Shown: positions 19,418 through 28,435 of the stretch, in pieces
Layout of the letters: every line of letters begins with the position of its first letter
Position numbering within the stretch: the stretch's first letter is position 1
Notes under the pieces: model-generated
Database searches by the model: none
What the model was told of the DNA's origin: nothing
The model's input: only the letters and a program-made list of their open reading frames with translations
Program-made: the position numbers and the translations under genes
From: an uncultured delta proteobacterium
GTDB lineage: Bacteria; Desulfobacterota; Binatia; UBA9968
Direction of reading: 5' to 3'
NCBI GenBank assembly: GCA_963755715.1
Contig: CAVWLW010000068.1
Location: forward strand, 32,001 to 96,000
DNA: 64,000 nucleotides

Positions 19418-19780
19418 ATGTTCGGCAAGGGAGTGTTTCAAGAAGAAGAGAACGTGCTCAGGAACATTATCCGCAGTATCGATAAGCGAGTCGATTATAG
19501 CGCAAAAGAGGGTGAAGGCTCGCGCTTCACGGTCCATGTCAAACTGCGCAATCGCGAAGCCGATGTCATACTCGATTTGGAGGATTTAAAAGCCGCCAAG
19601 TTAGATATGGTCAGACGGCACCAAATTCGCCAGAAAATCAAAGCTCGCTGCGATCACCTCGACAAATCGCGCTATGCTGACGATATTCTGGGGCTCAAAC
19701 CAGCACGAATTCTAAAAGCCGCGCCGAAGCCCGAACCGATGGCGCTGCGGGGCGGTTTCGGGCGTGGGCCGAGACGATAA
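19418..19780 (+). CDS. Hypothetical basic protein with RGG-like C-terminal tail
   Basis: Strong SD AAAGGAGG; 120-aa ORF; upstream TTGATC-17-TAGATT promoter-like sequence (19331-19359). Confidence 0.7.
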   Translation: MFGKGVFQEEENVLRNIIRSIDKRVDYSAKEGEGSRFTVHVKLRNREADVILDLEDLKAAKLDMVRRHQIRQKIKARCDHLDKSRYADDILGLKPARILKAAPKPEPMALRGGFGRGPRR

Positions 19781-19828
19781 ACTGCCAGCTTGTTATCTCG
19801 TGCATGAGCAAATTGACAGGACGGATTC

Positions 19829-20692
19829 TTGAGTAAAGGGCAATTGATACGCCAGGCACTGCACGCGCAAGGTCAGTTGATCATGCCCGGTGTCTACGAT
19901 GCGCTGAGCGCAAAGATCGCTGCGCGCGCTGGTTTCGAAGTAATCTTCATTACCGGTTACAGCCTCTCGGCGACGTTGCTGGGCGAGCCCGACTTCGGCC
20001 TGCTGACCCAAAGCGAAGTGGTCGGCGCCGCGCAGAGGATCTGCGCCGTGGTCGACACGCCGGTGATCGTCGACGCGGATACAGGATATGGCAACGCAAT
20101 CAACGTCATGAGAACAGTTCAAGATCTGATCCGCGCCGGCGCCGCAGGTATGTTTCTCGAGGATCAAGTCTGGCCCAAGCGCTGCGGCCACATGAAAGGC
20201 AAGCAGGTCATCGCGCTCGATGAACAACTAAAGAAATTGCGAGCCGCCGTAGAAGCAACGCAGGGAAGCGAATTCTTTATTGTCGCTCGCACCGACTCGC
20301 GCCAAGCGCTGGGTCTCACGGAGGCGATTACGCGCGGCTTAGCTTTTAAAGAAGCCGGCGCTGACGCGGTTTTTATCGAAGCGCCTGAATCAAAAGAAGA
20401 GATGAAGGAGATAGCGCATCAAGTACCGGGGCCGTTGGTGGCGAATATGCTCGAACGCGGTGTGACACCGCTGATGGGACCCAAAGAATTAAAAGAGCTG
20501 GGTTTTGACTTGATAGTTTGGCCGCTGGCGCCGCTTTATTCTGCCGCCCAGTCGCTGACCGAAGTTTACACGACCTTGCGCCGGGATGGCTCAACTCTCG
20601 CCATTTTGGATCGCTTGATGCCGTTCGATGACTTTAACCGCATCGTCGGGCTTGAGGAAAAATACGCGCTCGACGCCAAGTACCGAGGTTAG
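19829..20692 (+). CDS. Isocitrate lyase/PEP mutase family (2-methylisocitrate lyase / oxaloacetate decarboxylase-like)
   Basis: PGVYDALSA, DADTGYG, EDQVWPKRCGH, ARTD and GADAVFIE motifs. Confidence 0.88.
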   Translation: MSKGQLIRQALHAQGQLIMPGVYDALSAKIAARAGFEVIFITGYSLSATLLGEPDFGLLTQSEVVGAAQRICAVVDTPVIVDADTGYGNAINVMRTVQDLIRAGAAGMFLEDQVWPKRCGHMKGKQVIALDEQLKKLRAAVEATQGSEFFIVARTDSRQALGLTEAITRGLAFKEAGADAVFIEAPESKEEMKEIAHQVPGPLVANMLERGVTPLMGPKELKELGFDLIVWPLAPLYSAAQSLTEVYTTLRRDGSTLAILDRLMPFDDFNRIVGLEEKYALDAKYRG

Positions 20693-20739
20693 TGCGCAAC
20701 TGCGAGATTTGACGGGCAGTTAAGAATTCGTGCCGAATT

Positions 20740-21846
20740 TTACAATCGCATCGGCATCAACACATAAAGGTAGTTATCGACTCCGGCTTTGCGAATCACG
20801 CTTGGACTCAGTTCGTCTTTAAGCTCGATATCGATTTCGCCGTCCCCGCCGAGCACACCCAACACGTCGATCAAATAACGCGCATTAAAACCGATCGACA
20901 GAGTTTTGCCCTTATATTCGGCCTCGATTTCTTCGACCGCTTCCCCTAGATCGGGATTGTTCGCCGAAATCGAAACCTTGTCGTCGGAAAACTCCATGCG
21001 GATTCCTTTGTAACGCTCGCTTGAAAGAATCGACACCCGACGCAACGCTTGCAGCAGCTCGTCATGTTCGAGCTTGGCGATATTTGGGTTACCTTTCGGG
21101 ATCACCTTGGTATAATCCGGGAAATCGCCGTCAATCAGTCGCATGAAAAGCTCTATTTTATCTTTTATGACAAGGCCCATGTTTTCTTTGAAACCTAACG
21201 AAACGACTCCTTCGGTGCCGGCTTCGAGTAACTTCTTAAGCTCCGCCAAGCCTTTGCGCGGCAGTATGACGCCTTTCGATAATCCCAAACTTCCGACCGT
21301 CTTTTCTTCAAAGGCCAGTCGATGACCGTCGGTCGCAACCATTCTTATCTTGCCACCGTCCCCTTCTTCGACAAACACGCCATTCAAGCTATAACGCGTT
21401 TCGTCCATCGAAACCGAAAATATCGTCCGCTCGATCATTTCATGAACTGTCGCCGCCGGCGTCGAAGACAGAGACTTGGCATCGAATTTAGGAAACTGGG
21501 GAAACTCCTTCGCATCCATGCCGACGATTTTAAACACCGATTTGCCGCTGCGGATCTCAACCCAGTCGTTGTCCAGTCGTTTTAGCTGCACCTGCTCGTT
21601 GGGAACTTCTCGGATTATCTCGTAAATCTTTTTCGCGTTGACGGTGACGGTGCCTTCTTTGACGACTTCGGCGTCAACTGATCCTCTGACCCCGACTTCC
21701 AAGTCCGTAGCGGTAACCCGAACCGAACCTTTTTGTGCTTCAATCAAGACGTTGCCGAGTATCGGCATCGTGTTGCGCCGTTCGACAATACTTTGAGTCC
21801 AATAAAGCGTTGCGAGAAGCTCATCCCGCTTGGCCTTAATTTCCAT
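20740..21846 (-). CDS. dnaN: DNA polymerase III beta sliding clamp
   Basis: MPILGNVLI, ATDLE, VATDGHRLA, FPDY, GFNARYL and C-terminal LMPMRL; downstream of dnaA. Confidence 0.98.
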   Translation of the reverse strand: MEIKAKRDELLATLYWTQSIVERRNTMPILGNVLIEAQKGSVRVTATDLEVGVRGSVDAEVVKEGTVTVNAKKIYEIIREVPNEQVQLKRLDNDWVEIRSGKSVFKIVGMDAKEFPQFPKFDAKSLSSTPAATVHEMIERTIFSVSMDETRYSLNGVFVEEGDGGKIRMVATDGHRLAFEEKTVGSLGLSKGVILPRKGLAELKKLLEAGTEGVVSLGFKENMGLVIKDKIELFMRLIDGDFPDYTKVIPKGNPNIAKLEHDELLQALRRVSILSSERYKGIRMEFSDDKVSISANNPDLGEAVEEIEAEYKGKTLSIGFNARYLIDVLGVLGGDGEIDIELKDELSPSVIRKAGVDNYLYVLMPMRL

Positions 21847-21864
21847 ACATCCTCCGCTCACTCC

Positions 21865-22070
21865 TGTTTCTATCTATATATATAAATTTCAGAAGTAATA
21901 GTAGGGGCTGTGAACAAAGTGGAAAAGGGCAATTTACTGAAAGAAATTGGGGATGTGAGCTGTGGTCTATTCAGCGGCGATAAGCCGCTTTTCAACCGAT
22001 TTACGTCGTCGAACGCGTTGCCGCAAAGTCATCCACAGCGCTGTCATCGGTTGATCACAGCTTATTCACA
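21865..22070. other. oriC: Chromosomal replication origin (oriC, dnaA-dnaN intergenic): DnaA boxes, GC motif, DnaA-trios, AT-rich DUE
   Basis: Minus strand reads TTTTCCACT TTGTTCACA GCCC CTACTATTACTTCT GAAATTTATATATATAGATA (21926->21871). Further boxes: TCATCCACA 22029, TTGATCACA 22051, TTATTCACA 22062. Confidence 0.88.
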
Positions 22071-23406
22071 ACCTTTTGCGAATATTCAGATTGCGCTCGA
22101 GTTTTTCGATCGTCGTTTGCATGTGCGGGTCTTCTTTGATCTTGCGCTCAATGGTTTTCGACGCGTGGATGACCGTGGAGTGATCGCGCCCGCCGAATTT
22201 ATCGCCGATCGCTGGAAAGGAGGTCTCGGTATATTTGCGGCAGAGATACATCGCCACCTGGCGCGGCATGGCGATGTTCTGAGTGCGCCTCTTTGCTTTT
22301 AAGTCGCCGATTTTGAGGTTGAAATAATCGCAGATCGTCTTTTGAATATTTTCCACCGTGATTTCTCTCTGGGCGCTCTTCAAGGTGTTACGAAGGACAT
22401 CCTTGGCAAGATCGACGGTTATCGTCGCTTTGGTCAAAGAAGCAAAGGCGCCAAGACGAGTCAGCGAGCCTTCGAGCTCGCGCACGTTCGAGTCGATATT
22501 CGAGGCCAGGAAAAATCCCACCTCCTGAGGTAGCTTGACCCCCTCTTCTTCAGCTTTCTTTTGTAAGATCGCCACTCGCGTCTCCATGTCCGGCGGCTGG
22601 ATGTCGGCAATCAATCCCCACTCGAAACGATTGCGCAGGCGGTCCTCGATTCCCGGAATTTCTTTGGGAAATTTGTCCGATGTGATGACGATCTGTTTGT
22701 GCGATTCGTAGAGGGAATTGAAGGTGTGAAAAAACTCCTCTTGGGTTCGTTCTTTCCCAGCGATGAACTGGACATCATCCAGGATCAGAATGTCGACGTT
22801 TCTGAATTTCTTTTTAAACTCGTCCATCTTGTCTCTTCGGAGTGATGCAATCAGTTCGTTCATGAAGGACTCAGAACTGAGATAGACGACTTTCAAGGCG
22901 GGTCTTTGGGCCACGGCTTGATGCCCGATGGCGTTTACCAGATGAGTCTTGCCGAGACCGACCCCGCCATAGATGAATAGAGGATTGTAGTGATCGCCGG
23001 GCTGGTTGGCGACGGCAACGCAGGCGGCGTGGGCGAATTGATTGCTTGCGCCCACAACGAAGTTTTGAAACGTATATTTGGCAACTAGATTATTATTTCG
23101 CTGGGGTTTTTCGCGCTCTTTTTCATCTTTTTTCAGCGGTTTTTCAATGTTCGATTGGCCAGCCAATTTGTCATTGATCTCGAAAACAACTTTCACGTCT
23201 TGCTTGGCCAAGGATCTCAGGGTGGTCTCGATTTCCGCTAGGTAATGCTCCATCAACCATTCACGGAAAAATTTACTCGGCACATCGAGAAGAATCTCGT
23301 TTTTGTTTCTCGAGACAAAGGAAATCGGCTTTATCCAAGTCTCGAAGTTTTGCTTACCAATCCGCTCTTTTATTTCTGCTACAGCCGTGGTCCACAGCTC
23401 GGGCAT
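22066..23406 (-). CDS. dnaA: Chromosomal replication initiator DnaA
   Basis: YTFQNFVVGASN, YNPLFIYGGVGLGKTHL, DDVQF, RELEG and GGRDHSTVIHA; ATG at 23406. Confidence 0.99.
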   Translation of the reverse strand: MPELWTTAVAEIKERIGKQNFETWIKPISFVSRNKNEILLDVPSKFFREWLMEHYLAEIETTLRSLAKQDVKVVFEINDKLAGQSNIEKPLKKDEKEREKPQRNNNLVAKYTFQNFVVGASNQFAHAACVAVANQPGDHYNPLFIYGGVGLGKTHLVNAIGHQAVAQRPALKVVYLSSESFMNELIASLRRDKMDEFKKKFRNVDILILDDVQFIAGKERTQEEFFHTFNSLYESHKQIVITSDKFPKEIPGIEDRLRNRFEWGLIADIQPPDMETRVAILQKKAEEEGVKLPQEVGFFLASNIDSNVRELEGSLTRLGAFASLTKATITVDLAKDVLRNTLKSAQREITVENIQKTICDYFNLKIGDLKAKRRTQNIAMPRQVAMYLCRKYTETSFPAIGDKFGGRDHSTVIHASKTIERKIKEDPHMQTTIEKLERNLNIRKRL

Positions 23407-23453
23407 AATAACACCGCTATCTAGTTGAAAGGTTGAGATAAACGTGAAAATAG

Positions 23454-23488
23454 TTACACACAAAGTTATCCACAGCTGTGGATAACTT
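23454..23488. promoter_or_regulatory. DnaA boxes upstream of dnaA (autoregulation / oriC1)
   Basis: Perfect inverted pair TTATCCACA-GC-TGTGGATAA (23466-23485), plus TTACACACA at 23454. Confidence 0.9.
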
Positions 23489-23799
23489 GATGAGGGCGCG
23501 ATTTTTCTGGTTTGAGTAAAAAAGTAATCAAGACGAAAACACTCAATCAATAAGACGGCCGGTCATCATCGCGACGCTCGCTGAAAAAAATCATTGGCTA
23601 ATCGATAATGGATAAGCATTTTTTCTCGCCGTATCGGAGAAAAATCGCAGTGAAAAAGATGCGTCGAATATTCGAGAAAATTTTTAATAGTCCTTTTCAA
23701 ATTTCTTTGCAAGAAAAAAGAAATAATAAAATATTTTTCTGAGCTTTGATTCACCTTGACAGGTTAGCGTCGTGGTGTTAGCACCATTCACCCGTTGTC

Positions 23800-25086
23800 G
23801 TGATAGCCTCGAAACAACTTTTTCGCCGCGCCATCACCAAGATTCCTGGTGGCGTGAATAGCCCTGTGCGTGCGTGGAATTCGGTTGGCGGCACGCCGCT
23901 TTTTATCGCGCGCGGGCGGGGCAGCTCTATTTTCGATGTCGAGGGCAGGCGGTATATCGATTTTGTCGGATCCTGGGGCCCGTTGATTCTCGGCCACGCG
24001 CATCCAAAGATCGTGCAGGTTCTGCAGCGGCGAGCAGCGAGCGGTTTTACCTTCGGTGCGCCAACGAAGTTGGAGCTGGAGCTGGCCGAGCTGGTTGAAA
24101 AGCTAGTTCCGTCTATCGAAAAGCTCCGTCTCGTCAGCTCCGGCACCGAGGCGACCATGAGCGCAATCCGACTGGCGCGCGCCTACACCGGTCGAAGAAA
24201 AATAGTCAAGTTCGACGGCTGTTACCACGGTCATTCCGATGGTTTGCTGGTTAAAGCGGGTTCCGGCGTCGCCACGTTAGGGCTGCCGGACAGCCCTGGT
24301 GTGCCGCCCGGTTTTACTCGCGAAACCTTGACGGCTAAATACAACGATGCCAATTCACTGAAAAAAGCTTTTGACCGCTACGGTAAAGATATTGCGGCTG
24401 TCATCGTCGAACCGATCTGCGGCAATCTCGGCGTCATCAAACCCCAGCCAGGTTTTCTCGAGGCTTTAAAAGAGATGACGCGGCGGAATGATTCCCTGCT
24501 GATCTTCGACGAGGTGATTAGTGGTTTTCGCGTGGCTCTCGGCGGCGCGCAGGCAATTTTTAAGATTGAACCCGACTTGACTTGTTTAGGGAAAATCTTA
24601 GGTGGCGGATTGCCGTTGGCAGCGTTTGGCGGCCGTAGAGAAATTATGGATTTACTTGCGCCGGTTGGGCCGGTCTATCAAGCCGGCACGCTTTCCGGTA
24701 ACCCGCTCGCGGTTTCGGCCGGCATCGCAACGTTGAAACTGTTGAGTCGTCAAGGTGTTTACGATCGGTTGGAGGCAAAGAGTAAATATCTCGAGGATGG
24801 TATTTCAGCTGTGCTCCATCAATGCCGCCTGCGCGCAGTTATCAACCGAGTCGGCTCGATGATGACGCTATTTTTTGGCGTCGATCAGGTGACCAGTCCG
24901 GATCACGCGCGAAAATGTGATCAAAAACAGTTCAGTAGCTTTTTCCACGCCATGCTCGAGCGCGGCGTCTATTTACCGCCCTCACCATTTGAGGCCATGT
25001 TCGTTTCCCTTGCCCATTCAACCGCTGATTTAAAAAAGACAATTTCAGCTTTTTCTCAATGGGCCCAAGCCGCTATGCGTGGTTGA
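23800..25086 (+). CDS. hemL: Glutamate-1-semialdehyde 2,1-aminomutase
   Basis: IPGGVNSPVRA, SSGTEATMSAIRLAR, GCYHGH, FDEV.SGFR, GKILGGGLP and YQAGTLSGNP. Confidence 0.97.
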   Translation: MIASKQLFRRAITKIPGGVNSPVRAWNSVGGTPLFIARGRGSSIFDVEGRRYIDFVGSWGPLILGHAHPKIVQVLQRRAASGFTFGAPTKLELELAELVEKLVPSIEKLRLVSSGTEATMSAIRLARAYTGRRKIVKFDGCYHGHSDGLLVKAGSGVATLGLPDSPGVPPGFTRETLTAKYNDANSLKKAFDRYGKDIAAVIVEPICGNLGVIKPQPGFLEALKEMTRRNDSLLIFDEVISGFRVALGGAQAIFKIEPDLTCLGKILGGGLPLAAFGGRREIMDLLAPVGPVYQAGTLSGNPLAVSAGIATLKLLSRQGVYDRLEAKSKYLEDGISAVLHQCRLRAVINRVGSMMTLFFGVDQVTSPDHARKCDQKQFSSFFHAMLERGVYLPPSPFEAMFVSLAHSTADLKKTISAFSQWAQAAMRG

Positions 25087-25101
25087 CCCCTTGGGATAGG
25101 C

Positions 25102-25407
25102 ATGCTAGAAAATCTGCCCAGTGGGAAAAATTGGCGGCCGCCCCAAGGCCGGCTCGATAATCAACCTCCCTTCCTGCGACGGGCAGGCTTATATTTAGGA
25201 GTCGCATTTGAGCTGCCAGGTACCATCCTTGGCGGTCTGGTATTGGGATATTTTCTTGACGCTTACCTCGGCACGTCTCCATGGCTGCTGCTCGCGCTGA
25301 CCGCGCTCGCTTTCGTCGCCGCCTTCGTGAGACTGATGAAATGGGTAAGGTTTTTTGCCAAAGAGCGTAATGGAAGCCGCGGCGAGAAAGATGATCCTGA
25401 GAATTGA
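25102..25407 (+). CDS. AtpZ/AtpI-family membrane protein (ATP synthase gene 1)
   Basis: Two TM helices with GYFLDAYLGTSPW; first gene of the atp F0 cluster. Confidence 0.8.
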   Translation: MLENLPSGKNWRPPQGRLDNQPPFLRRAGLYLGVAFELPGTILGGLVLGYFLDAYLGTSPWLLLALTALAFVAAFVRLMKWVRFFAKERNGSRGEKDDPEN

Positions 25408-25768
25408 GCTGTGGCACGTGATCTTGCTTGCGGCGCTGTTGGCGACGCTCGGCCAAAGCAGATTTTTGGACCCGACGGCACTAGTCGCCGGCGGCATTTT
25501 CATGGGCGTCAATTTTCTCCTGTTGGCGTATGGCATCGCCTGGATATTGAGGCCGCTAGCTGGAAAAGGGCGAGTCAAAACAGGTGTCAGTTTACTGATT
25601 TTGAAGATTGCTATTTTTTTGGGACTGTTATCGACGTTGTTTTTTCGTTTTAATCTTGACGCGGTCTCGTTTGCCGCAGGCTTTTCGACCTTGATCATCG
25701 CGATTATTCTGGAAACGCTTCGCACGGCCGTAAAGGTAGGGACATCGAGCAATGGAACATCCGTTTAG
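25370..25768 (+). CDS. atpI: ATP synthase protein I
   Basis: Four-TM hydrophobic ORF overlapping the atpB start. Confidence 0.72.
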   Translation: MEAAARKMILRIELWHVILLAALLATLGQSRFLDPTALVAGGIFMGVNFLLLAYGIAWILRPLAGKGRVKTGVSLLILKIAIFLGLLSTLFFRFNLDAVSFAAGFSTLIIAIILETLRTAVKVGTSSNGTSV

Positions 25769-26537
25769 TTGGCATAACTTGCTGCCGGAGGGATGGCAGC
25801 ATTCGATCGGCGATCACACTTTCTTCGCGATCGTATCAGCAATTCTATTGATCCTCTTCGCACTTAAAGCTCGTGGCGCTTTGGCCAAAGCCAGCGATCC
25901 GGTGATTCCGCCGGCAGAGCTCGGCACGCAGAACATCGCTGAGCTGTTGGTTCAACTGGTGGTCAGCCAAAGCGATCAAATCATCGGCAAGCAGGGGCGA
26001 AAATACGTTCCGTTCTTCGCGACCTTTTTCTTTTTCATTCTGTTCAGCAACTTGATGGGACTTCTGCCCGGCTTTGCCGCGCCCACAGGCAATCTCAACA
26101 CCACCATCGGATTGGCGCTCTGCTCTTTCATTGGCTACAACGTTATTGGAATACGCGAACAAGGGGCGAGCTACTTCAAGCACTTCGTCGGTCCGATGAC
26201 CAGTCTGCCCGGTAGCAGCTTGATCGCTAAATTGGCTTTCGTGCCGGTGCTGTTAATTTCCGTCTGCTTTTTTCTAATCTTAGAGCTTTTCTCTCATGGA
26301 TTTCGGCCGGTTTCTCTGTCATTGCGTCTATTCGGCAACATGATGGGCGACCATGAGGTTATCGGAGCGTTCATTGGCTTGACCAAACTGGTGATCCCAG
26401 TGGCGTTTTACGCCATGGGAACATTGGTTTCGATAATTCAGGCCTTTGTTTTTACATTGCTGAGCATGATCTACGTCGCCCTGGCGATCAGCCACGGCCA
26501 CGACGAAGAACCCGGACACGAAGCGCATCAATCTTAA
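25752..26537 (+). CDS. atpB: F0F1 ATP synthase subunit a
   Basis: NLMGLLPG, PTGNLN, RPVSLSLRLFGNM and IQAFVFTLLSMIY. Confidence 0.97.
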   Translation: MEHPFSWHNLLPEGWQHSIGDHTFFAIVSAILLILFALKARGALAKASDPVIPPAELGTQNIAELLVQLVVSQSDQIIGKQGRKYVPFFATFFFFILFSNLMGLLPGFAAPTGNLNTTIGLALCSFIGYNVIGIREQGASYFKHFVGPMTSLPGSSLIAKLAFVPVLLISVCFFLILELFSHGFRPVSLSLRLFGNMMGDHEVIGAFIGLTKLVIPVAFYAMGTLVSIIQAFVFTLLSMIYVALAISHGHDEEPGHEAHQS

Positions 26538-26632
26538 CATGCACATCAAGCACATCATTAAGCGATGGGCCGCCGTTGCGAGGATGAGGATAGAGGAGTG
26601 GCAGGCATAAGTCGCTGGAAAGGAGGAAGGAA

Positions 26633-26959
26633 ATGAAAAAGCTGTTTTCGCTCTTGAGCTCTTTTGGCATAACCCTTCTCAGTGTTGGGGTAGCCGTGGC
26701 GGCTGAAGGCGCAACTGCCGGGGGTGGTGATTCCACCAAGGCGGCCATTGCCCTTGCCGCTGGGCTTGGCGTTGCCATCGCCGCATTCGGCGCGGCGCTC
26801 GGTCAGGGTCGCGTCGGCGCGGCCGCGATGGAAAGCATCGGGCGCAATCCCAATGCCGCCGATCGGCTGTTTCTGCCGCTGGTTCTGAGCCTTGCGCTCC
26901 TTGAAGCGTTGGCGCTTTACGGCTTCGTTATCGCGATTATCTTGACCGGTAAGATTTAA
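26633..26959 (+). CDS. atpE: F0F1 ATP synthase subunit c
   Basis: GAALGQG, GRNP and LEALALY; SD AAGGAGGAAGG; signal-peptide-like N-terminal extension. Confidence 0.96.
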   Translation: MKKLFSLLSSFGITLLSVGVAVAAEGATAGGGDSTKAAIALAAGLGVAIAAFGAALGQGRVGAAAMESIGRNPNAADRLFLPLVLSLALLEALALYGFVIAIILTGKI

Positions 26960-26979
26960 CGGGCTGTTTAAAGACTGCA

Positions 26980-27013
26980 AAAAGGGCGGGAAGAGAATTC
27001 TTTCCGCCCTTTT
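26980..27013. terminator. Bidirectional intrinsic terminator
   Basis: aaaagggcgggaag-agaatt-ctttccgccctttt between convergent genes. Confidence 0.8.
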
Positions 27014-27015
27014 CT

Positions 27016-27477
27016 TTATCTTCCCGGCAATTCTACTTTGTGCAGATGTACCTGGGTGTAACGGAGCAATTCCTCCAGAGTGGGCAACTTATAGGGCTTC
27101 TCGTAGTAAATCTCTTTGATGCCCGTGTTGACCAAAACTTTGAGGCAGTGGATGCAAGGCGTGTGGGTGATGTAGATCGCGCCGTCTTTGATGCTGGCGC
27201 CGTTCTTCGCCGCCTGAGCGATGGCGTTCATCTCCGCATGAATGGTGCGAAAACAGTTTTGCTCCGTATCGCCGTTAGGCGTTTTTGATTCGTAAACGAG
27301 ACAGCCGACATCGGTGCAATGGGGCATTCCCGCCGGCGCGCCATTGTAACCGGTGGCGAGGATATTTTTATCGCGCACGATGACCGCGCCGACCTTCGCC
27401 CGGCTACAAGTGGAGCGCTCGGCCACCTGTTGGGTGATGGTCATGAAGTATTGGTCCCAGCTCAACCGTTCACTCAT
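27016..27477 (-). CDS. dCMP deaminase / ComEB family
   Basis: SWDQYFM, RSTC, GYNG, HAEMNA and PCIHC. Confidence 0.92.
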   Translation of the reverse strand: MSERLSWDQYFMTITQQVAERSTCSRAKVGAVIVRDKNILATGYNGAPAGMPHCTDVGCLVYESKTPNGDTEQNCFRTIHAEMNAIAQAAKNGASIKDGAIYITHTPCIHCLKVLVNTGIKEIYYEKPYKLPTLEELLRYTQVHLHKVELPGR

Positions 27478-27494
27478 GCATAACCTCCGCGACA

Positions 27495-28278
27495 CTACGC
27501 ATCCGCGCTCAATATAACCTTGTCACCGACTTTAACACCGCAGTTTTGCTGCGCGTTTCCTTTGTAAGCGGCGATCTCCAACATGCCCCAGCTGTTCACC
27601 AAGGCAGCCAGCTCGTTGGTTTTTACCGAGTCGTAGCTCGGTGCCAAACCGTGGATTACGCGCGCCCCGACGCCGATAGTTAATTTACCCAGCGGCAGTC
27701 CTGTCAAATCATGCTCATCGATGTTTGTAAACAGGTTGCCGTAGCCGTCGACGTATACAACCTCGCCTTCCAATCGGTTATGACTTTGCATGACTTTGGG
27801 CATTCTGAAGCCTAGTAAATGAAGCCAATTTGCCGCCAAAGGCGGACGGCGTAACACCCAAAGAAAGGTGCGCCGCCGCTGGCGCGAAGATATCCCGACC
27901 GTGGAAAGTCGCGCTGGTCGGCTCGAGACGATAATCCGGATTACTCAACTCAAAAACTTGCAGCGATTCCGCGGCTGCTGTAGCCAAGCTGAGCACGCCG
28001 TTATCAGGCCCGATGAAATAGTTTCCAGCCGATTCGATCAGGAGCGGGCGGCGCGAGCCACCGACGCCGGGGTCGACCACCACGACGTGAATAGAGTCTC
28101 GCGGAAAGTACGCGACGGAATGGCGTAGAGCCAACGCCGCCGCCATGACGTCCTGCGGCGGAATGCCGTGTGTTAAATCAATCACCTGCGCTTTTGGATT
28201 GATCCCGGCAATGACCCCTTTCATGATCCCGACGAAGGGATCGCGATGGCCGAAGTCTGTGGTGAGCGTAATCAGCAT
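27495..28278 (-). CDS. SAM hydroxide adenosyltransferase (DUF62, chlorinase/fluorinase family), +1 frameshift near 27803
   Basis: ITLTTDFG, VVDPGVG, GPDNG and SATFHGRDIFAP in one frame; YVDGYGNLFTN and LEIA in the next frame. Confidence 0.9.
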
Positions 28279-28435
28279 AAAACCGCGTTCAAGGCAGGAA
28301 TCATCTAACCAGAAAAGGTTTTGCGCGTAAAGAATGCCCGGGCGACCTGTAGCCATGCCGCCCTTTCCACCGCCGGCCGGAAGGGCTATAAGAAGTGTTG
28401 CTTCCCCTCCAGTTCTGCTTCTGAGGAGTTTTCTA

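Noticed and set aside
23407-23799. rpmH or another small gene (ORF 23566-23754; N-terminal extension of dnaA to 23550)
   Set aside because: No L34-like sequence; the region is AT-rich promoter/origin DNA containing DnaA boxes.
27495-28278. True fluorinase or chlorinase
   Set aside because: It has the common DUF62 hydrolase signature (SATFHGRD) and a housekeeping context with no halometabolite genes.
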